The translations under genes were made by a program, and so were the position numbers. A DNA stretch of 51,725 bases from the NCBI GenBank assembly GCA_046758965.1, contig JBHIBG010000012.1:1-51725 (forward strand), written 5' to 3'. The notes beneath the pieces were generated by a model. It ran no database searches. It was not told where the DNA came from and saw nothing but the letters and a program-made list of their open reading frames with translations. Positions 10,104 to 20,007 of the stretch are shown here, piece after piece. Within the stretch, counting starts at the first letter, position 1. Each line of letters opens with the position of its first letter. Origin of the DNA: Candidatus Methylomirabilia bacterium. Lineage in GTDB: Bacteria > Methylomirabilota > Methylomirabilia > Rokubacteriales > CSP1-6.

Positions 10104-10574
10104 TCAGCGCGGCCAGACCAGCGACTCATGGATCCACCCCCGGTCGCCATCGGCGTGCTCGACACGGAGCCACTTCCCCTTCTTCTCCAGCAGCTGAAAG
10201 GACACCCCGCGGTCCGCGCGGAACACCACCGGGCGGTCCCGCCCCGGCCCCTCGCGGATGTTCGCATACTCGCTCACCTCTCTCACGATCACCGCCGGCT
10301 TGGTATCGGTCAGCGGCGCATAGATCCACCCCTTGTACCCCTCGAACTCCTCCACCTCCAGCCACTGCCCGTCCCGCCCCACCACTCGCAACGGATCGTT
10401 CTTGTACGCCTTCCAGAGGCGTTTGAACTGCTTGCCCGGGCCCTCGCGCACGTTGGCGACCTCCACCTTGACCCGGACGAAGCTGGCCGCTTGGACGACC
10501 AGGGGGCAGATGAGGACGGCGGCGCCCAGAACAACCAGGAGCCCGCGCCAGCGTCGCCAGAGCTTCATCGCCAT
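10104..10574 (-). CDS. Exported tandem bacterial SH3 domain protein
   Basis: Signal peptide; two ANVREGPG...W...GWI repeats. Confidence 0.88.
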   Translation of the reverse strand: MAMKLWRRWRGLLVVLGAAVLICPLVVQAASFVRVKVEVANVREGPGKQFKRLWKAYKNDPLRVVGRDGQWLEVEEFEGYKGWIYAPLTDTKPAVIVREVSEYANIREGPGRDRPVVFRADRGVSFQLLEKKGKWLRVEHADGDRGWIHESLVWPR

Positions 10575-10578
10575 GGAG

Positions 10579-11868
10579 TCACGAGACCAGGAGGCGGAGC
10601 GGTTCCTCCATCAGGCGCCTGAGATCCTGGAGGAACCGGGCGGCCATGGCGCCATCCATGACTCGGTGGTCGCAGGAGAGCGTCAGGCGCATCCGACGAC
10701 CGATTCCGAGCCGATCGCCCTCGATCACGGGCTTCCGTGCCACGGAGCCTACAGCCAGGATCGCGCCTTCCGGCGGGTTAATGATGGCTGAGAACTCCTC
10801 GACATCGAACATGCCGAGGTTGGAGACTGAGAAGGTGGCACCCGAAAGCTCATGTGATCGAAGCCGACGATTGCGGGCTCGCTCGGCCAGGTCCTTCCCC
10901 TCCACCGCGATCTGAACCAGCGATTTCCGGTCGCACTCCCGGAGGACCGGGGTAATAAGCCCCTCCTCCAAGGCCACGGCGATGCCGATGTGGACTCGAT
11001 AGTGAGCCCGGATCGTCTCCCCCTGGAAGGAGGCATTGACCCCCGGATGCCTGCCAAGCGCGAGGGCGCATGCCTTGACCACCATGTCGGTGACTGAGAC
11101 CTTGGGCTGCCCTTCGAGCGCGTTCAGCTCTTCGCGGAGGTCCCAGGCCCGGTCCATGGCAACCTCGGTGGTCAGATAAAAGTGGGGGACCGGCCCCTTC
11201 GCCTGGGCCATCCGCCGGGCGATGGCGGCCCGGATCGAGGAAAGCGGTCTATCCTCGTACGGGGTCTCGGGAGCCGCTGGGACCGGAGTCACACCTCGCC
11301 GGCCGCCACTCTCGGCCGCTACGGCTTCGACATCCCTCCGAATGATGCGGCCTCCGGGACCGCTCCCCTGGACGAGCGTGAGGTCCACGGCGGCCTGCTC
11401 GGCAATCTTCCTCGCGAGCGGCGAAGCTTTGATGCGGCCGGCAGCGGCCAGCCCGGGGGCTTCAGCAGCCGTGGCCGCCTCAGCCACAGCGGCGGGGGCC
11501 AAGGAGAGGGTGACAGGTTCAGGTGCCTCTCGGCCCCGGGGGGCCCCAGGGCTCACCTCAACGGGTGCAGGTGCCGCCGCGGGGGCTGCCGCCTGAGCTT
11601 CGGCCAGGACTTGAGAGAGATCCTCCTCGGGCTCGGCGATAACAGCGATCAGCCCGCCCACCGGGACCTGTTGGCCCCCCGGGACCAAGATCCTCCTGAG
11701 GATCCCGGCTCCGAAGGATTCCAGCTCGATGTCGGCCTTGTCGGTCTCGATTTCCGCGAGGATCTCGCCGCCCTCGACCCTCTCCCCCTCCTGCTTCAGC
11801 CACTTGATGACCTTGCCTGTCTCCATGGCCTCTGAGAGCTTGGGCATGACCACTCTGGTGATCGCCAT
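10579..11868 (-). CDS. pdhC: Dihydrolipoamide acyltransferase (E2), single lipoyl domain
   Basis: EIETDKA lipoyl lysine, ASPLARKIA peripheral subunit-binding domain, SCDHRVMDG. Confidence 0.93.
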   Translation of the reverse strand: MAITRVVMPKLSEAMETGKVIKWLKQEGERVEGGEILAEIETDKADIELESFGAGILRRILVPGGQQVPVGGLIAVIAEPEEDLSQVLAEAQAAAPAAAPAPVEVSPGAPRGREAPEPVTLSLAPAAVAEAATAAEAPGLAAAGRIKASPLARKIAEQAAVDLTLVQGSGPGGRIIRRDVEAVAAESGGRRGVTPVPAAPETPYEDRPLSSIRAAIARRMAQAKGPVPHFYLTTEVAMDRAWDLREELNALEGQPKVSVTDMVVKACALALGRHPGVNASFQGETIRAHYRVHIGIAVALEEGLITPVLRECDRKSLVQIAVEGKDLAERARNRRLRSHELSGATFSVSNLGMFDVEEFSAIINPPEGAILAVGSVARKPVIEGDRLGIGRRMRLTLSCDHRVMDGAMAARFLQDLRRLMEEPLRLLVS

Positions 11869-11882
11869 GGGGCTCCTCGATC

Positions 11883-12863
11883 TCAGGCAGAGCAGGCCCG
11901 GCGGACCGCCGCCACGATCTTCTCTCTGGACGGGGTCTTGAGCTGCTCCAGGTTCTTGGCGTACGGCATGGGGGCATTCGCCCCCGTGACGCGCTCCACC
12001 GGCGCGTCGAGGTCGTCGAAGGCGTGCTCGGTGATGAAGGAGGCGATCTCCGAGCCCAGCCCGGCGAAGCCCGCCCCGGCTTCCGCCACCACGGCCCGAT
12101 GGGTCTTCCGCACCGAACTGATGATGGTGCCGATGTCCATAGGCCGGAGAGTACGGGGATCCACAATCTCAACCGAAATCCCTTCCTTCTCAAGCACCTC
12201 GGCGGCTTCCATCGCCCGATAGAGCATCCCGGTATACGCGACTACCGTGACATCGGTCCCTTGGCGCTGAATCTCCGCCACCCCCAGCGGAATCGTGAAC
12301 TCTGGATCCTCGGGCACCTCGCCCTTGAGCCCGTACAGGGTCTCCGCCTCGATGAAGACCACGGGGTTATCGTCACGGATGGCGCTCTTGAGGAGCCCCT
12401 TAGCGTCCCGGGGGGTGGAAGGGCGCACGACCTTGAGGCCGGGGACGTGATAGAAGTAGCTCTCCATGGACTGGGAGTGCTGGGCGGCCAACTGATGCGC
12501 TGGGCCTCCGGGACCCCGGATCACGATGGGGACATGATACTGCCCGCCGGACATGTAGGAGATCTTGGCGGCGGAGTTCACGATCTGGTCCAGGGCCAGG
12601 ACGGCGAAGTTGAATGTCATCATCTCCACCACCGGCCTGAGCCCCAACATCGCCGCGCCGATGCCGACCCCGGTAAAGCCCGCCTCACAGATGGGGGTAT
12701 CCACCACCCGCTTTTCACCGAACTCCTTCAGGAGACCCTGGGTGACCTTGTAGGCGCCTTCGTACACCCCCACGTCCTCGCCCATCACGAGGACACGGCC
12801 ATCCCGCCGCATCTCCTCGCGCAGCGCCTGGCTCAGGGCCTCGCGGTAGGTTACCACGGCCAT
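11883..12863 (-). CDS. pdhB: Pyruvate dehydrogenase E1 beta
   Basis: MGEDVG..EGAYKVT, DTPICEAGF, AAQHSQS, MPYAKNLE. Confidence 0.93.
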   Translation of the reverse strand: MAVVTYREALSQALREEMRRDGRVLVMGEDVGVYEGAYKVTQGLLKEFGEKRVVDTPICEAGFTGVGIGAAMLGLRPVVEMMTFNFAVLALDQIVNSAAKISYMSGGQYHVPIVIRGPGGPAHQLAAQHSQSMESYFYHVPGLKVVRPSTPRDAKGLLKSAIRDDNPVVFIEAETLYGLKGEVPEDPEFTIPLGVAEIQRQGTDVTVVAYTGMLYRAMEAAEVLEKEGISVEIVDPRTLRPMDIGTIISSVRKTHRAVVAEAGAGFAGLGSEIASFITEHAFDDLDAPVERVTGANAPMPYAKNLEQLKTPSREKIVAAVRRACSA

Positions 12864-12875
12864 GGCACTTCTCCC

Positions 12876-13898
12876 TCATCCATCGCTCCGGCCCCCCGGA
12901 ACCTCATTCTTGTAGATATCCGTCACGAGCCACTCATCGGGCGGTGGGGGGGAGGCCTCCGCGAAGGCCACAGCCTCCTCCACCGCCTCTTGGCCCTCCT
13001 TCTCGAGGGCCCCGAGCTCGCCCGCGGTCAGAATCCCCTCTTCGAGACAGCGCTCCTTGAAGAGGGGGATCGGGTCGCGCTTCCGCTCCTGCTCCACCTC
13101 CTCCTTCGTCCGGTAGATCGCCGCGGAAGGGTCACGCATGGAGTGGCCGCGGAAGCGGTAGGTGCGCGCCTCGATGAGGGCCGGGGTCCTCTCCGTCCGC
13201 GCCCGCTCCACGGCGCGTCGCACCACCTCGCGGACCGCCAAGACGTCCATGCCGTCCACGACCTCACCCGCGACCCCGTAGCTCTCCGCGAAGCGCCAGA
13301 TCTCGGTCTGGGCCAGGGCGCGGCGGATGGCCGTGCCCATAGCATAGCGGTTGTTCTCGCAGAGGTAGATTACCGGAAGCTTCCAGAGCGCGGCCAGATT
13401 CATCGACTCGTGGAACTCCCCTTGGGGCACGGCGCCGTCGCCGAAGTAGCACAGCACCACCTGGTCACCTCCCTGAAACTTGGTGGCGAAGGCCGCCCCC
13501 GCGGCCAGCGGCAGGTGGGCGCCTACGATGGCGTGGCCCCCCAGGAAGTTTACCGATCTGTCGAAAAGGTGCATCGAGCCGCCCTTGCCCTTGGAGAGAC
13601 CATCCCGGCGCCCGAACAGCTCCGCCATGACCCGGCGGGGGTCCGAGCCCTTGGCCAGACAGTGACCGTGCTCTCGATAGGCGGAGATCACGCGGTCATC
13701 GGGCCGGAGCGCCGAGGTCGCCCCCACGGCGACCGCCTCCTGGCCGATGTAGAGGTGGAGGAACCCCCCGATCTTCCCCAAGGCGTACATCTCCGCCGCC
13801 TTCTCCTCGAACCGGCGGATGAGCACCATCTGGGCGTAGAGACGACGCGCCAGTTCCACGTCCACCCTCGGAGTCGGGGCCACTCTCGCTCGCGCCAT
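12876..13898 (-). CDS. pdhA: Pyruvate dehydrogenase E1 alpha
   Basis: GFLHLYIGQEA, YREHGH, GKGGSMH, ThDP motif GDGA...ENN, TYRFRGHSM. Confidence 0.94.
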   Translation of the reverse strand: MARARVAPTPRVDVELARRLYAQMVLIRRFEEKAAEMYALGKIGGFLHLYIGQEAVAVGATSALRPDDRVISAYREHGHCLAKGSDPRRVMAELFGRRDGLSKGKGGSMHLFDRSVNFLGGHAIVGAHLPLAAGAAFATKFQGGDQVVLCYFGDGAVPQGEFHESMNLAALWKLPVIYLCENNRYAMGTAIRRALAQTEIWRFAESYGVAGEVVDGMDVLAVREVVRRAVERARTERTPALIEARTYRFRGHSMRDPSAAIYRTKEEVEQERKRDPIPLFKERCLEEGILTAGELGALEKEGQEAVEEAVAFAEASPPPPDEWLVTDIYKNEVPGGRSDG

Positions 13899-13909
13899 CG
13901 GACTCTCCC

Positions 13910-14212
13910 CTACCAGCGCATCACGTTCAGGCCATCCACGCTGAGATCCCGCCTGAGCCGGAAGATGGTGACGATGATGGCCAGGCCTACGGAGACCTCC
14001 GCCGCTGCGACAGTCATCACGAAGAAGACCAGCACCTGGCCGTCGGCCGTGCCGAAGCTCCGCCCGAAGGCCACCAGGGCCAGGTTGGCGGCATTCAGCA
14101 TCAGCTCGATGGACATGAAGATGACCAACGGATTCCGACGCACCAGGACACCCGTGACCCCGACGGTGAAGAGAACAGCCGAGAGCGCGGTGTAGTACGA
14201 CTCCGGAACCAT
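13910..14212 (-). CDS. nuoK: NADH-quinone oxidoreductase subunit K (cluster 1)
   Basis: [23 protein letters not shown]. Confidence 0.95.
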   Translation of the reverse strand: MVPESYYTALSAVLFTVGVTGVLVRRNPLVIFMSIELMLNAANLALVAFGRSFGTADGQVLVFFVMTVAAAEVSVGLAIIVTIFRLRRDLSVDGLNVMRW

Positions 14213-14213
14213 G

Positions 14214-14720
14214 CTACGGCGCCTTTCGCTTGGCCAACGCCAGCACACCCACCATGGCGGCCAGCAGCAGGACCGAGGTCACCTCGAAAGCCAAGAGATA
14301 ATCGGTGAAGAGCAGCCGGCCCAGCGACTCCACGCTCCCGGGCGGGGGCGCTCCCGGGGCCGCGCCGGAGCCGGCAGGCAGCAGGTTCAACCGGAGAGCC
14401 ACCGCGATCTCGACGAGCAGCAATCCGCCCAGCGGCACGGCGAGGAACCGGGCTTGCCGGAGCCGGTCAGGTTCGGTCTCCTCTCTGCCCGGGATCAGCA
14501 CCATGATGGCGAAGACGAACAGCACCATGATGGCGCCGGCGTAGATGATCACCTGGGCGGCGGCCAGGAACTCCGCCCCGAGCAGGAGGTAGAGCGCAGC
14601 CACGCTTCCGAGGTTCACGACCAGGAAGAGGGCGCCGTGGATCGGGTTGCGCCTGATGACGAGTCCCAATGCCGAGGCGACAGCCAGGATTGCGATCACG
14701 AAGAACGCGACGCGTTCCAT
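14214..14720 (-). CDS. nuoJ: NADH-quinone oxidoreductase subunit J (cluster 1)
   Basis: [41 protein letters not shown]. Confidence 0.95.
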   Translation of the reverse strand: MERVAFFVIAILAVASALGLVIRRNPIHGALFLVVNLGSVAALYLLLGAEFLAAAQVIIYAGAIMVLFVFAIMVLIPGREETEPDRLRQARFLAVPLGGLLLVEIAVALRLNLLPAGSGAAPGAPPPGSVESLGRLLFTDYLLAFEVTSVLLLAAMVGVLALAKRKAP

Positions 14721-14724
14721 GCTC

Positions 14725-15285
14725 TCACGCCTCCCGGTCCGCCGGGATGGGAACGGGCGAGCGCGGCGAGCCGTCGACATGTGCGGGCTCCAGCGCCAGG
14801 AGCATCTCCTTACTGTAGATCATCCCAGCCCGGCTGTAGGAGGAGAACTCCAAGATCCCCGTGTCCATTCGGATGGCGTCCTCCGGGCAGGCTTCCACGC
14901 AGTAGCCGCAGAAGACGCACTTGCCCAGGTCGATGTCGAACCGCTCCGGATACTTCTCGATGTCCGGGTTCGGATGCTCCGCGCCCACAATGTAGATACA
15001 ATGCGCCGGGCAGACCGTCTCGCACATCATGCAGGCCACGCAGCGCGGGGAGCCGTCCTCGCGTCTGACCAGGCGGTGGAGGCTCCGGAGCCGGGGGGAG
15101 TACGGCCGGCGCTCCTCCGGGTACTGGAACGTGACCGCGCCGCGGGCCTCTCTCCTCCCGAACAGGGAGTGAGCCGTGTGGCGACCCAGGTTGGAAAAGA
15201 AGTGTGCGGCGGTGATCCCCAACCCGACCAGGACCTCGACCAGGTAAAAGCGCTGTGGAAGGGTGAGCCTCGGTCGTGTCGTCAT
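14725..15285 (-). CDS. nuoI: NADH-quinone oxidoreductase subunit I (cluster 1)
   Basis: TFQYPEE; two CxxCxxCxxxCP motifs. Confidence 0.95.
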   Translation of the reverse strand: MTTRPRLTLPQRFYLVEVLVGLGITAAHFFSNLGRHTAHSLFGRREARGAVTFQYPEERRPYSPRLRSLHRLVRREDGSPRCVACMMCETVCPAHCIYIVGAEHPNPDIEKYPERFDIDLGKCVFCGYCVEACPEDAIRMDTGILEFSSYSRAGMIYSKEMLLALEPAHVDGSPRSPVPIPADREA

Positions 15286-15291
15286 CGCCCC

Positions 15292-16386
15292 TCACCCTCT
15301 CCAGGTTACCAGGAGCACCCCTGTCACCACCACGTTCAGGATAGAGAGCGGGAAGAGCCCGAACCACCCCAACCGCATCGCCTGATCGTAGCGGAACCGG
15401 GGGAGCGTCCAGCGGATCAGCATGAGGAACCAGCACAGGGCCGACACCTTGAGGACGAAGGCGGAAACCTGGAGGAGGACGACGACCAGATGGGGGAGGG
15501 CGAGAGAGGCCCCCCCGGGGAGGTGAACACCGTCGGCCAGCAGATACGGCACCTGCCAGCCGCCGAGGAAGAGGGAAGTGGCCAGGCCGGCGATTACCAC
15601 CGTCTCCACGAAGTCAGCCATCATGAACATCCCGAACTTCATCCCGCTGTACTCAACGAAGTAGCCGATGATCTCCGACTCCCCTTCCGGGAGATCGAAC
15701 GGGATCCGCTTGGTCGCGGCGATGCCCGCCGCGAGGAAGAGCACGAAGGCAAGCGGCTGCAGGACGATGCCCCAGGCGGGAATCCACCCGAAGAGGAGCT
15801 CCCCTTGCCCCCGGATGATCGTCTGCAAGTCCAGGGATCCGTAGACCATGGCCACCCCCATGATGGATGCGCCGATGGCGACCTCAGCCGAGATCATGAG
15901 CGCCGCAGCGCGCTGGCCGCCGAGCAGGGCATAGTTGTTGGCGGAGGCCCAGCCGGCCATCATCACCCCGTACACCCCGAGGGAGAGCATGGCAAAGACA
16001 TAGAGCAGCCCCACATTGAGGGTCACAGCCTGCAGCGGGATCTCCCGGCCGGCAAGCCTGAGCGTGTCGCCAAAGGGAATGGCGGCAAAGGCTGCGAGGG
16101 CGAAGAAGACGGAGACGAAAGGGGCGAAGGTGAAGAGAATCCGGTCCGCCCGCGCAGGTCGAAAATCCTCTTTGGTGAGCATCTTGATCGCGTCGGCCAG
16201 CGGGTGGAAGAGACCCCACAGGCGGAGGCCGAAGATGGAGGCGCGGTTGGCGCCGATCCGATCCTGCATGATCGCGGATTGCTTGCGTTCCACCCACGTC
16301 AGGAGACCTCCCATGTTGAGGACGAAGAGCATGACGAAGGCCACACGCCCAAATGCAATCCCCAGCTCGGTGAGCATCGCGCTCAT
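15292..16386 (-). CDS. nuoH: NADH-quinone oxidoreductase subunit H
   Basis: ERK...QDRIGANR, ADAIKMLTKED, PFDLPEGESE, RWTLPRFRYDQ. Confidence 0.95.
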   Translation of the reverse strand: MSAMLTELGIAFGRVAFVMLFVLNMGGLLTWVERKQSAIMQDRIGANRASIFGLRLWGLFHPLADAIKMLTKEDFRPARADRILFTFAPFVSVFFALAAFAAIPFGDTLRLAGREIPLQAVTLNVGLLYVFAMLSLGVYGVMMAGWASANNYALLGGQRAAALMISAEVAIGASIMGVAMVYGSLDLQTIIRGQGELLFGWIPAWGIVLQPLAFVLFLAAGIAATKRIPFDLPEGESEIIGYFVEYSGMKFGMFMMADFVETVVIAGLATSLFLGGWQVPYLLADGVHLPGGASLALPHLVVVLLQVSAFVLKVSALCWFLMLIRWTLPRFRYDQAMRLGWFGLFPLSILNVVVTGVLLVTWRG

Positions 16387-17984
16387 ATCCCCAACAGTTT
16401 GCCGCTGTCCCGTAATTCCCGGTAGGAGAGCTCCCGGTAAGCCGGGACCGCGGAGGCCAAAGCCTTGAAGCACTCTTCGGCCTTACCCGGCAGGGACGGG
16501 AGCCCGAGCTCCCCGCCGATCAGGGTCAGGATTTCCCAGTCCGGCCGGGACTCCCCCAAGGGCTCGACAGCCTTCCAGAAGCGCTGCACCCGACCCTCGA
16601 AGTTGGTGAACGTGCCACCCCGCTCGGCATAGGTCGCACTCGGGAGGATCAGATGGGCGCGCGGGCTGATCCCGTTTTCGTTGGAGCCCTGGAAGATCAG
16701 GCAGTCCAGCGCCAAGAGCCCCTCGAAGACCTCATCTTCGGGCCAGCCGGCCCGCGTCAGATCGTGGTGGAAGACCCAGAGACAGTTGATGTTCTTCTGC
16801 TTCGCAGCCCGGAGCATGCCGAGGGCATCGAGGCCTCCCGCGCGCGGCGTCAGACCGATCAGCTCGGCGCCCTTTGAGTTCGGGTTCTTATCGGCCCGAA
16901 TCAGGATCTGGTCCTCGTACCCAGGCTCCCGGGGCGGCACCCGGAAATCGACGTGCCGGATCCCGAGGTGGTCCGCCAGGCGCCCGAGCACGAAAAGGTC
17001 CTCGTTCGCCATCTGAGGGGAGGCCAGGATCCCGATCTCCTCAGGGGCGTACTGCCGGAGGCGCTGGACCACCAGCGGGAGCAACTCGTCCCAGGAGACC
17101 TCCACACCCTTCGGCCCCTCCCGCCGGACCGGCGAGGGGAACCGGCTCGGGTCGTCGATGAACCCGAAGCCGTACCGCCCGACGTCGCAGATCCACCAGT
17201 TGTTGACCTCGGGGTTCTCGCGGGGCTTGAGCCGGGTGATCCGTCGGCCGTTGTTCTTGTAAGGACGGCGGATATTGTAGTGGATCTCGATGTTGCAGCC
17301 GCGCGCGCAGCCGGGGCAGACAGACTTCGCCGTGTCCAGGTACCAGACCCGAACCTTGAAGCGGAACTCCCGCTCTGTCAGGGCGCCCACCGGACAGATG
17401 TCGTTGACGTTGGCGGAGTACGGGTTCGCGAGCTCCTTGCCCGGAAAGGTTCCGATCTCGGAGTGGTCGCCCCGCTGGAAGATTCCGAGCTCGCCGGTCC
17501 CCGTCACCTCGTCGCAGAACCGAACGCAACGGGAGCAGAGGATGCAGCGTTCGGCGTCCAGGACCACATGCGGCCCGAGAGGGACCGCCTTGGGCTTGTG
17601 AACCTTGTCCTCCACCATCCGCGGCGCGTACAGGCCGTGCCGCATGTAGTAGATCTGGAGCCAGCACTCCCCCGCCTGGTCGCATACCGCGCAGTCCAGC
17701 GGGTGGTTGATCAGGTGGAACTCCATGATGGACTGCCGGACCTCCAGCAGTTTGGGGGTCTGGGTGTGGACCACCATGCCGTCAGTCGCCCCCGTGTTGC
17801 AGCTGATCTGGGGGCGCGGGTTCTTCTCGATCTCCACCATGCAGAGGCGGCACTGCCCCGCGATCGAGAGCCCCGGATGGTAGCAGTAGTGGGGGACCTC
17901 GATCCCGAGCCTCCGCGCGGCCTCGATGAGGTTGGTGCCGGCGGGGACCTCGATCTCCTTGCCGTCGATAGTAAGCTTGGGCAT
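16383..17984 (-). CDS. nuoG: NADH-quinone oxidoreductase subunit G (short, 533 aa)
   Basis: HYCYH...GQCRLC, HPLDCAVCDQAGEC, CILCSRCVRFC, CPGCARGC...WICD. Confidence 0.92.
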   Translation of the reverse strand: MPKLTIDGKEIEVPAGTNLIEAARRLGIEVPHYCYHPGLSIAGQCRLCMVEIEKNPRPQISCNTGATDGMVVHTQTPKLLEVRQSIMEFHLINHPLDCAVCDQAGECWLQIYYMRHGLYAPRMVEDKVHKPKAVPLGPHVVLDAERCILCSRCVRFCDEVTGTGELGIFQRGDHSEIGTFPGKELANPYSANVNDICPVGALTEREFRFKVRVWYLDTAKSVCPGCARGCNIEIHYNIRRPYKNNGRRITRLKPRENPEVNNWWICDVGRYGFGFIDDPSRFPSPVRREGPKGVEVSWDELLPLVVQRLRQYAPEEIGILASPQMANEDLFVLGRLADHLGIRHVDFRVPPREPGYEDQILIRADKNPNSKGAELIGLTPRAGGLDALGMLRAAKQKNINCLWVFHHDLTRAGWPEDEVFEGLLALDCLIFQGSNENGISPRAHLILPSATYAERGGTFTNFEGRVQRFWKAVEPLGESRPDWEILTLIGGELGLPSLPGKAEECFKALASAVPAYRELSYRELRDSGKLLGI

Positions 17985-17991
17985 CGCCTAG

Positions 17992-18173
17992 CCTCGGAGG
18001 GGGCTGCGCCCCCTACACTCGCCTGCCGCTCGCGCTCTCGAGAGCCTCACCTCGGCGAGGCTGCTTCGCGTACCGAATCTCCCCCCGTCGGTACGCTCGC
18101 CGTCGGCTCGCGCTCTCCGCACTCTCGCTGCCGCGAAACTGCTTCGCCGGCGCGGGTACAGCCCGCGCTCGAA
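17992..18173. repeat. Composite palindromic repeat, copy 1 (scaffold plus two 57-nt cassettes)
   Basis: CCTCGGAGGGGGCTGCGCCCCCT...ACCGAATCTCCCCC...GCGCGGG-TACAG-CCCGCGCTCGAA; aligns with 50293-50419. Confidence 0.85.
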
Positions 18174-18235
18174 CCGAGCTCTTTTCCAACCGCGGAGCCC
18201 GGCACTCTCGAACTCCACTTCGCGATGACGCCAAC

Positions 18236-19537
18236 TCATGACGACAGCGCTGGCTGGCACCGCGACGCCATGGCAGCGTCCCCGGTCGAGCGCCCCGCCG
18301 CAACGAGTGCCTCAAACTCGTGACGAAATTTCTCGATGTAGCTGATGTAGGGGCCCACGGCGCCGTCGTAGAAGGCACAGATCGTGGTGCCGGCGCCCCG
18401 CCGGGCCACGTCCAGGATCGTGTCCAGGTCCTCCTTCCGGCCCTTGCCCTGCACGATTCGCTTCGTCATGTTGTGGATCCACCCGGTGCACTCCCGACAC
18501 GGCGTGCACTGACCACACGACTCGTGGGCGTAGAAGCGGGCGACCACCATGAGGGCCTCAGGGATCGAGACGGTCTCGTCCATGACGATGACACCGGCTG
18601 AGCCCGCCATGGTTCCCGAGTTCCGAAGCCCGTCGACGTCGAGAGTGACGTCGATCTCCTCGGCGGTGAGGATCGCGGCCGAGGAGCCGCCCGGCACAAC
18701 CGCCTTGAGCCTCTTGCCGTCGGGGATCCCTCCCGCGTGCTCGTAGATCAGCTCGCGGAGCGTGGCCGAAACCGGTAGCTCGTAGACCCCGGGGCGTACC
18801 ACATGCCCAGAGACCGAGTAGATCCGAGTCCCCCCCTGACTCTTCGTGCCGAGGGCCGCGAACCACTCGGCGCCCCGGTCGATGATCGTGGGGATGTGGC
18901 AGATCGTCTCGACATTGTTGACGATGGTGGGGGAGTCGAAGGCGCCTCGCACCGCCGGGAACGGAGGTTTGACCTTGGGCCACCCCTTCTTCCCCTCCAG
19001 CGAGGAGATCAGCCCTGTCTCCTCGCCGCAGATATAGGCCCCGGCGCCCCGGTGAATGACGACCTCCAGGTCGAAGCCTGACTCCAGGATGTTCCTGCCG
19101 AGCATCCCCGCCCCGTAAGCCTCCCGTACGGCGCCCTCGAAGATCCGCCACGGCTTGACGTACTCGCCACGGATGTACACGAAGGCGAGGTGGGAACCGA
19201 TGGCGTAGGCCGTGATGATCATCCCCTCAATGAGCGCATGGGGGTCCCGCTCCAGCAGGTAGCGGTCCTTGAAGGTGCCGGGCTCCCCTTCGTCGGCGTT
19301 GATCACCAGATATCTGGGCTTGGGGCTCTCCTTGGGGAGGAACCCCCACTTGACCGCGGTGGGGAAGCCTGCCCCTCCCAGACCCCTGAGGTTGGCGCGC
19401 TTGACCTCCTCGACAATGGCGGCGGGCGTCATGGCAAAGGCCCTGTTCACCGCCGTGTAGCCGCCGGTCTGGCGGTACACCTGAAGGGTGTGGGAATCGG
19501 GGAGGTGAAAGTTCCGCGTGAGGATTCGCTCAGCCAT
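18236..19537 (-). CDS. nuoF: NADH-quinone oxidoreductase subunit F
   Basis: GLGGAGFPT, NADEGEPGTFKDR, GAGAYICGEET, HESCGQCTPCRE. Confidence 0.96.
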   Translation of the reverse strand: MAERILTRNFHLPDSHTLQVYRQTGGYTAVNRAFAMTPAAIVEEVKRANLRGLGGAGFPTAVKWGFLPKESPKPRYLVINADEGEPGTFKDRYLLERDPHALIEGMIITAYAIGSHLAFVYIRGEYVKPWRIFEGAVREAYGAGMLGRNILESGFDLEVVIHRGAGAYICGEETGLISSLEGKKGWPKVKPPFPAVRGAFDSPTIVNNVETICHIPTIIDRGAEWFAALGTKSQGGTRIYSVSGHVVRPGVYELPVSATLRELIYEHAGGIPDGKRLKAVVPGGSSAAILTAEEIDVTLDVDGLRNSGTMAGSAGVIVMDETVSIPEALMVVARFYAHESCGQCTPCRECTGWIHNMTKRIVQGKGRKEDLDTILDVARRGAGTTICAFYDGAVGPYISYIEKFRHEFEALVAAGRSTGDAAMASRCQPALSS

Positions 19538-19687
19538 CTCCCAGTCCACGTTAGTGTGCCGCTCTCACGCCCACATCCCGGTAATGTCCCGATTCCATTT
19601 GCGCTTTGCTGACGCGCTCACGCGGGATTGGTCAGAACTTGGTACTTTTTCCAGTTCCAACGGCTCGTTTCCTCCGTAGTGGGCGCG

Positions 19688-19713
19688 TGCTATGATTAAA
19701 TCCGAAAAGGAGG
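19688..19713 (+). promoter_or_regulatory. Extended -10 promoter and RBS of hicBA
   Basis: TGcTATGAT at 19688-19696; AGGAGG at 19708-19713. Confidence 0.55.
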
Positions 19714-19719
19714 ACCGAG

Positions 19720-20007
19720 ATGCCGGTGGTCCTGAAACCAACACAAAAAAAGCTCACCGCAATCATCGAGCCGAGCGAAGGGGTGTATGTCGCCTTCTGC
19801 CCCGAGCTCGACCTTGCGACGGAGGGGAACACCCCCGAAGTGGCGCTGGATGACCTCATCGAGATGGCTCTGGACTACGCCGAGCAGTACACGGCCGAAT
19901 TCGACCGGTTCAGCCAGAGCCCAAACCGCGCCGCCCACGCTCCGTACATGGAGGCCATTCACGCCAACCCCACCCTTGCTGGAGTCCGCGCGCTGTTCGA
20001 AGGTTGA
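19720..20007 (+). CDS. hicB: HicB-family antitoxin (no obvious DNA-binding domain)
   Basis: GVYVAFCPELDLATEGNTPEVALDDL matches the HicB N-domain pattern; strong RBS. Confidence 0.8.
   Translation: MPVVLKPTQKKLTAIIEPSEGVYVAFCPELDLATEGNTPEVALDDLIEMALDYAEQYTAEFDRFSQSPNRAAHAPYMEAIHANPTLAGVRALFEG

Noticed and set aside
12024..14195. 723-aa plus-strand ORF and similar long ORFs (6026-7483, 14647-16425, 26517-28223, 28731-30332, 39980-41440)
   Set aside because: Antisense shadows of well-supported minus-strand genes, expected from high-GC codon bias; no motifs of their own.
18015..18149. Two 57-nt units 21 nt apart as a CRISPR array
   Set aside because: Only two divergent units, the spacer is conserved scaffold also found near 50375, and there are no cas genes.
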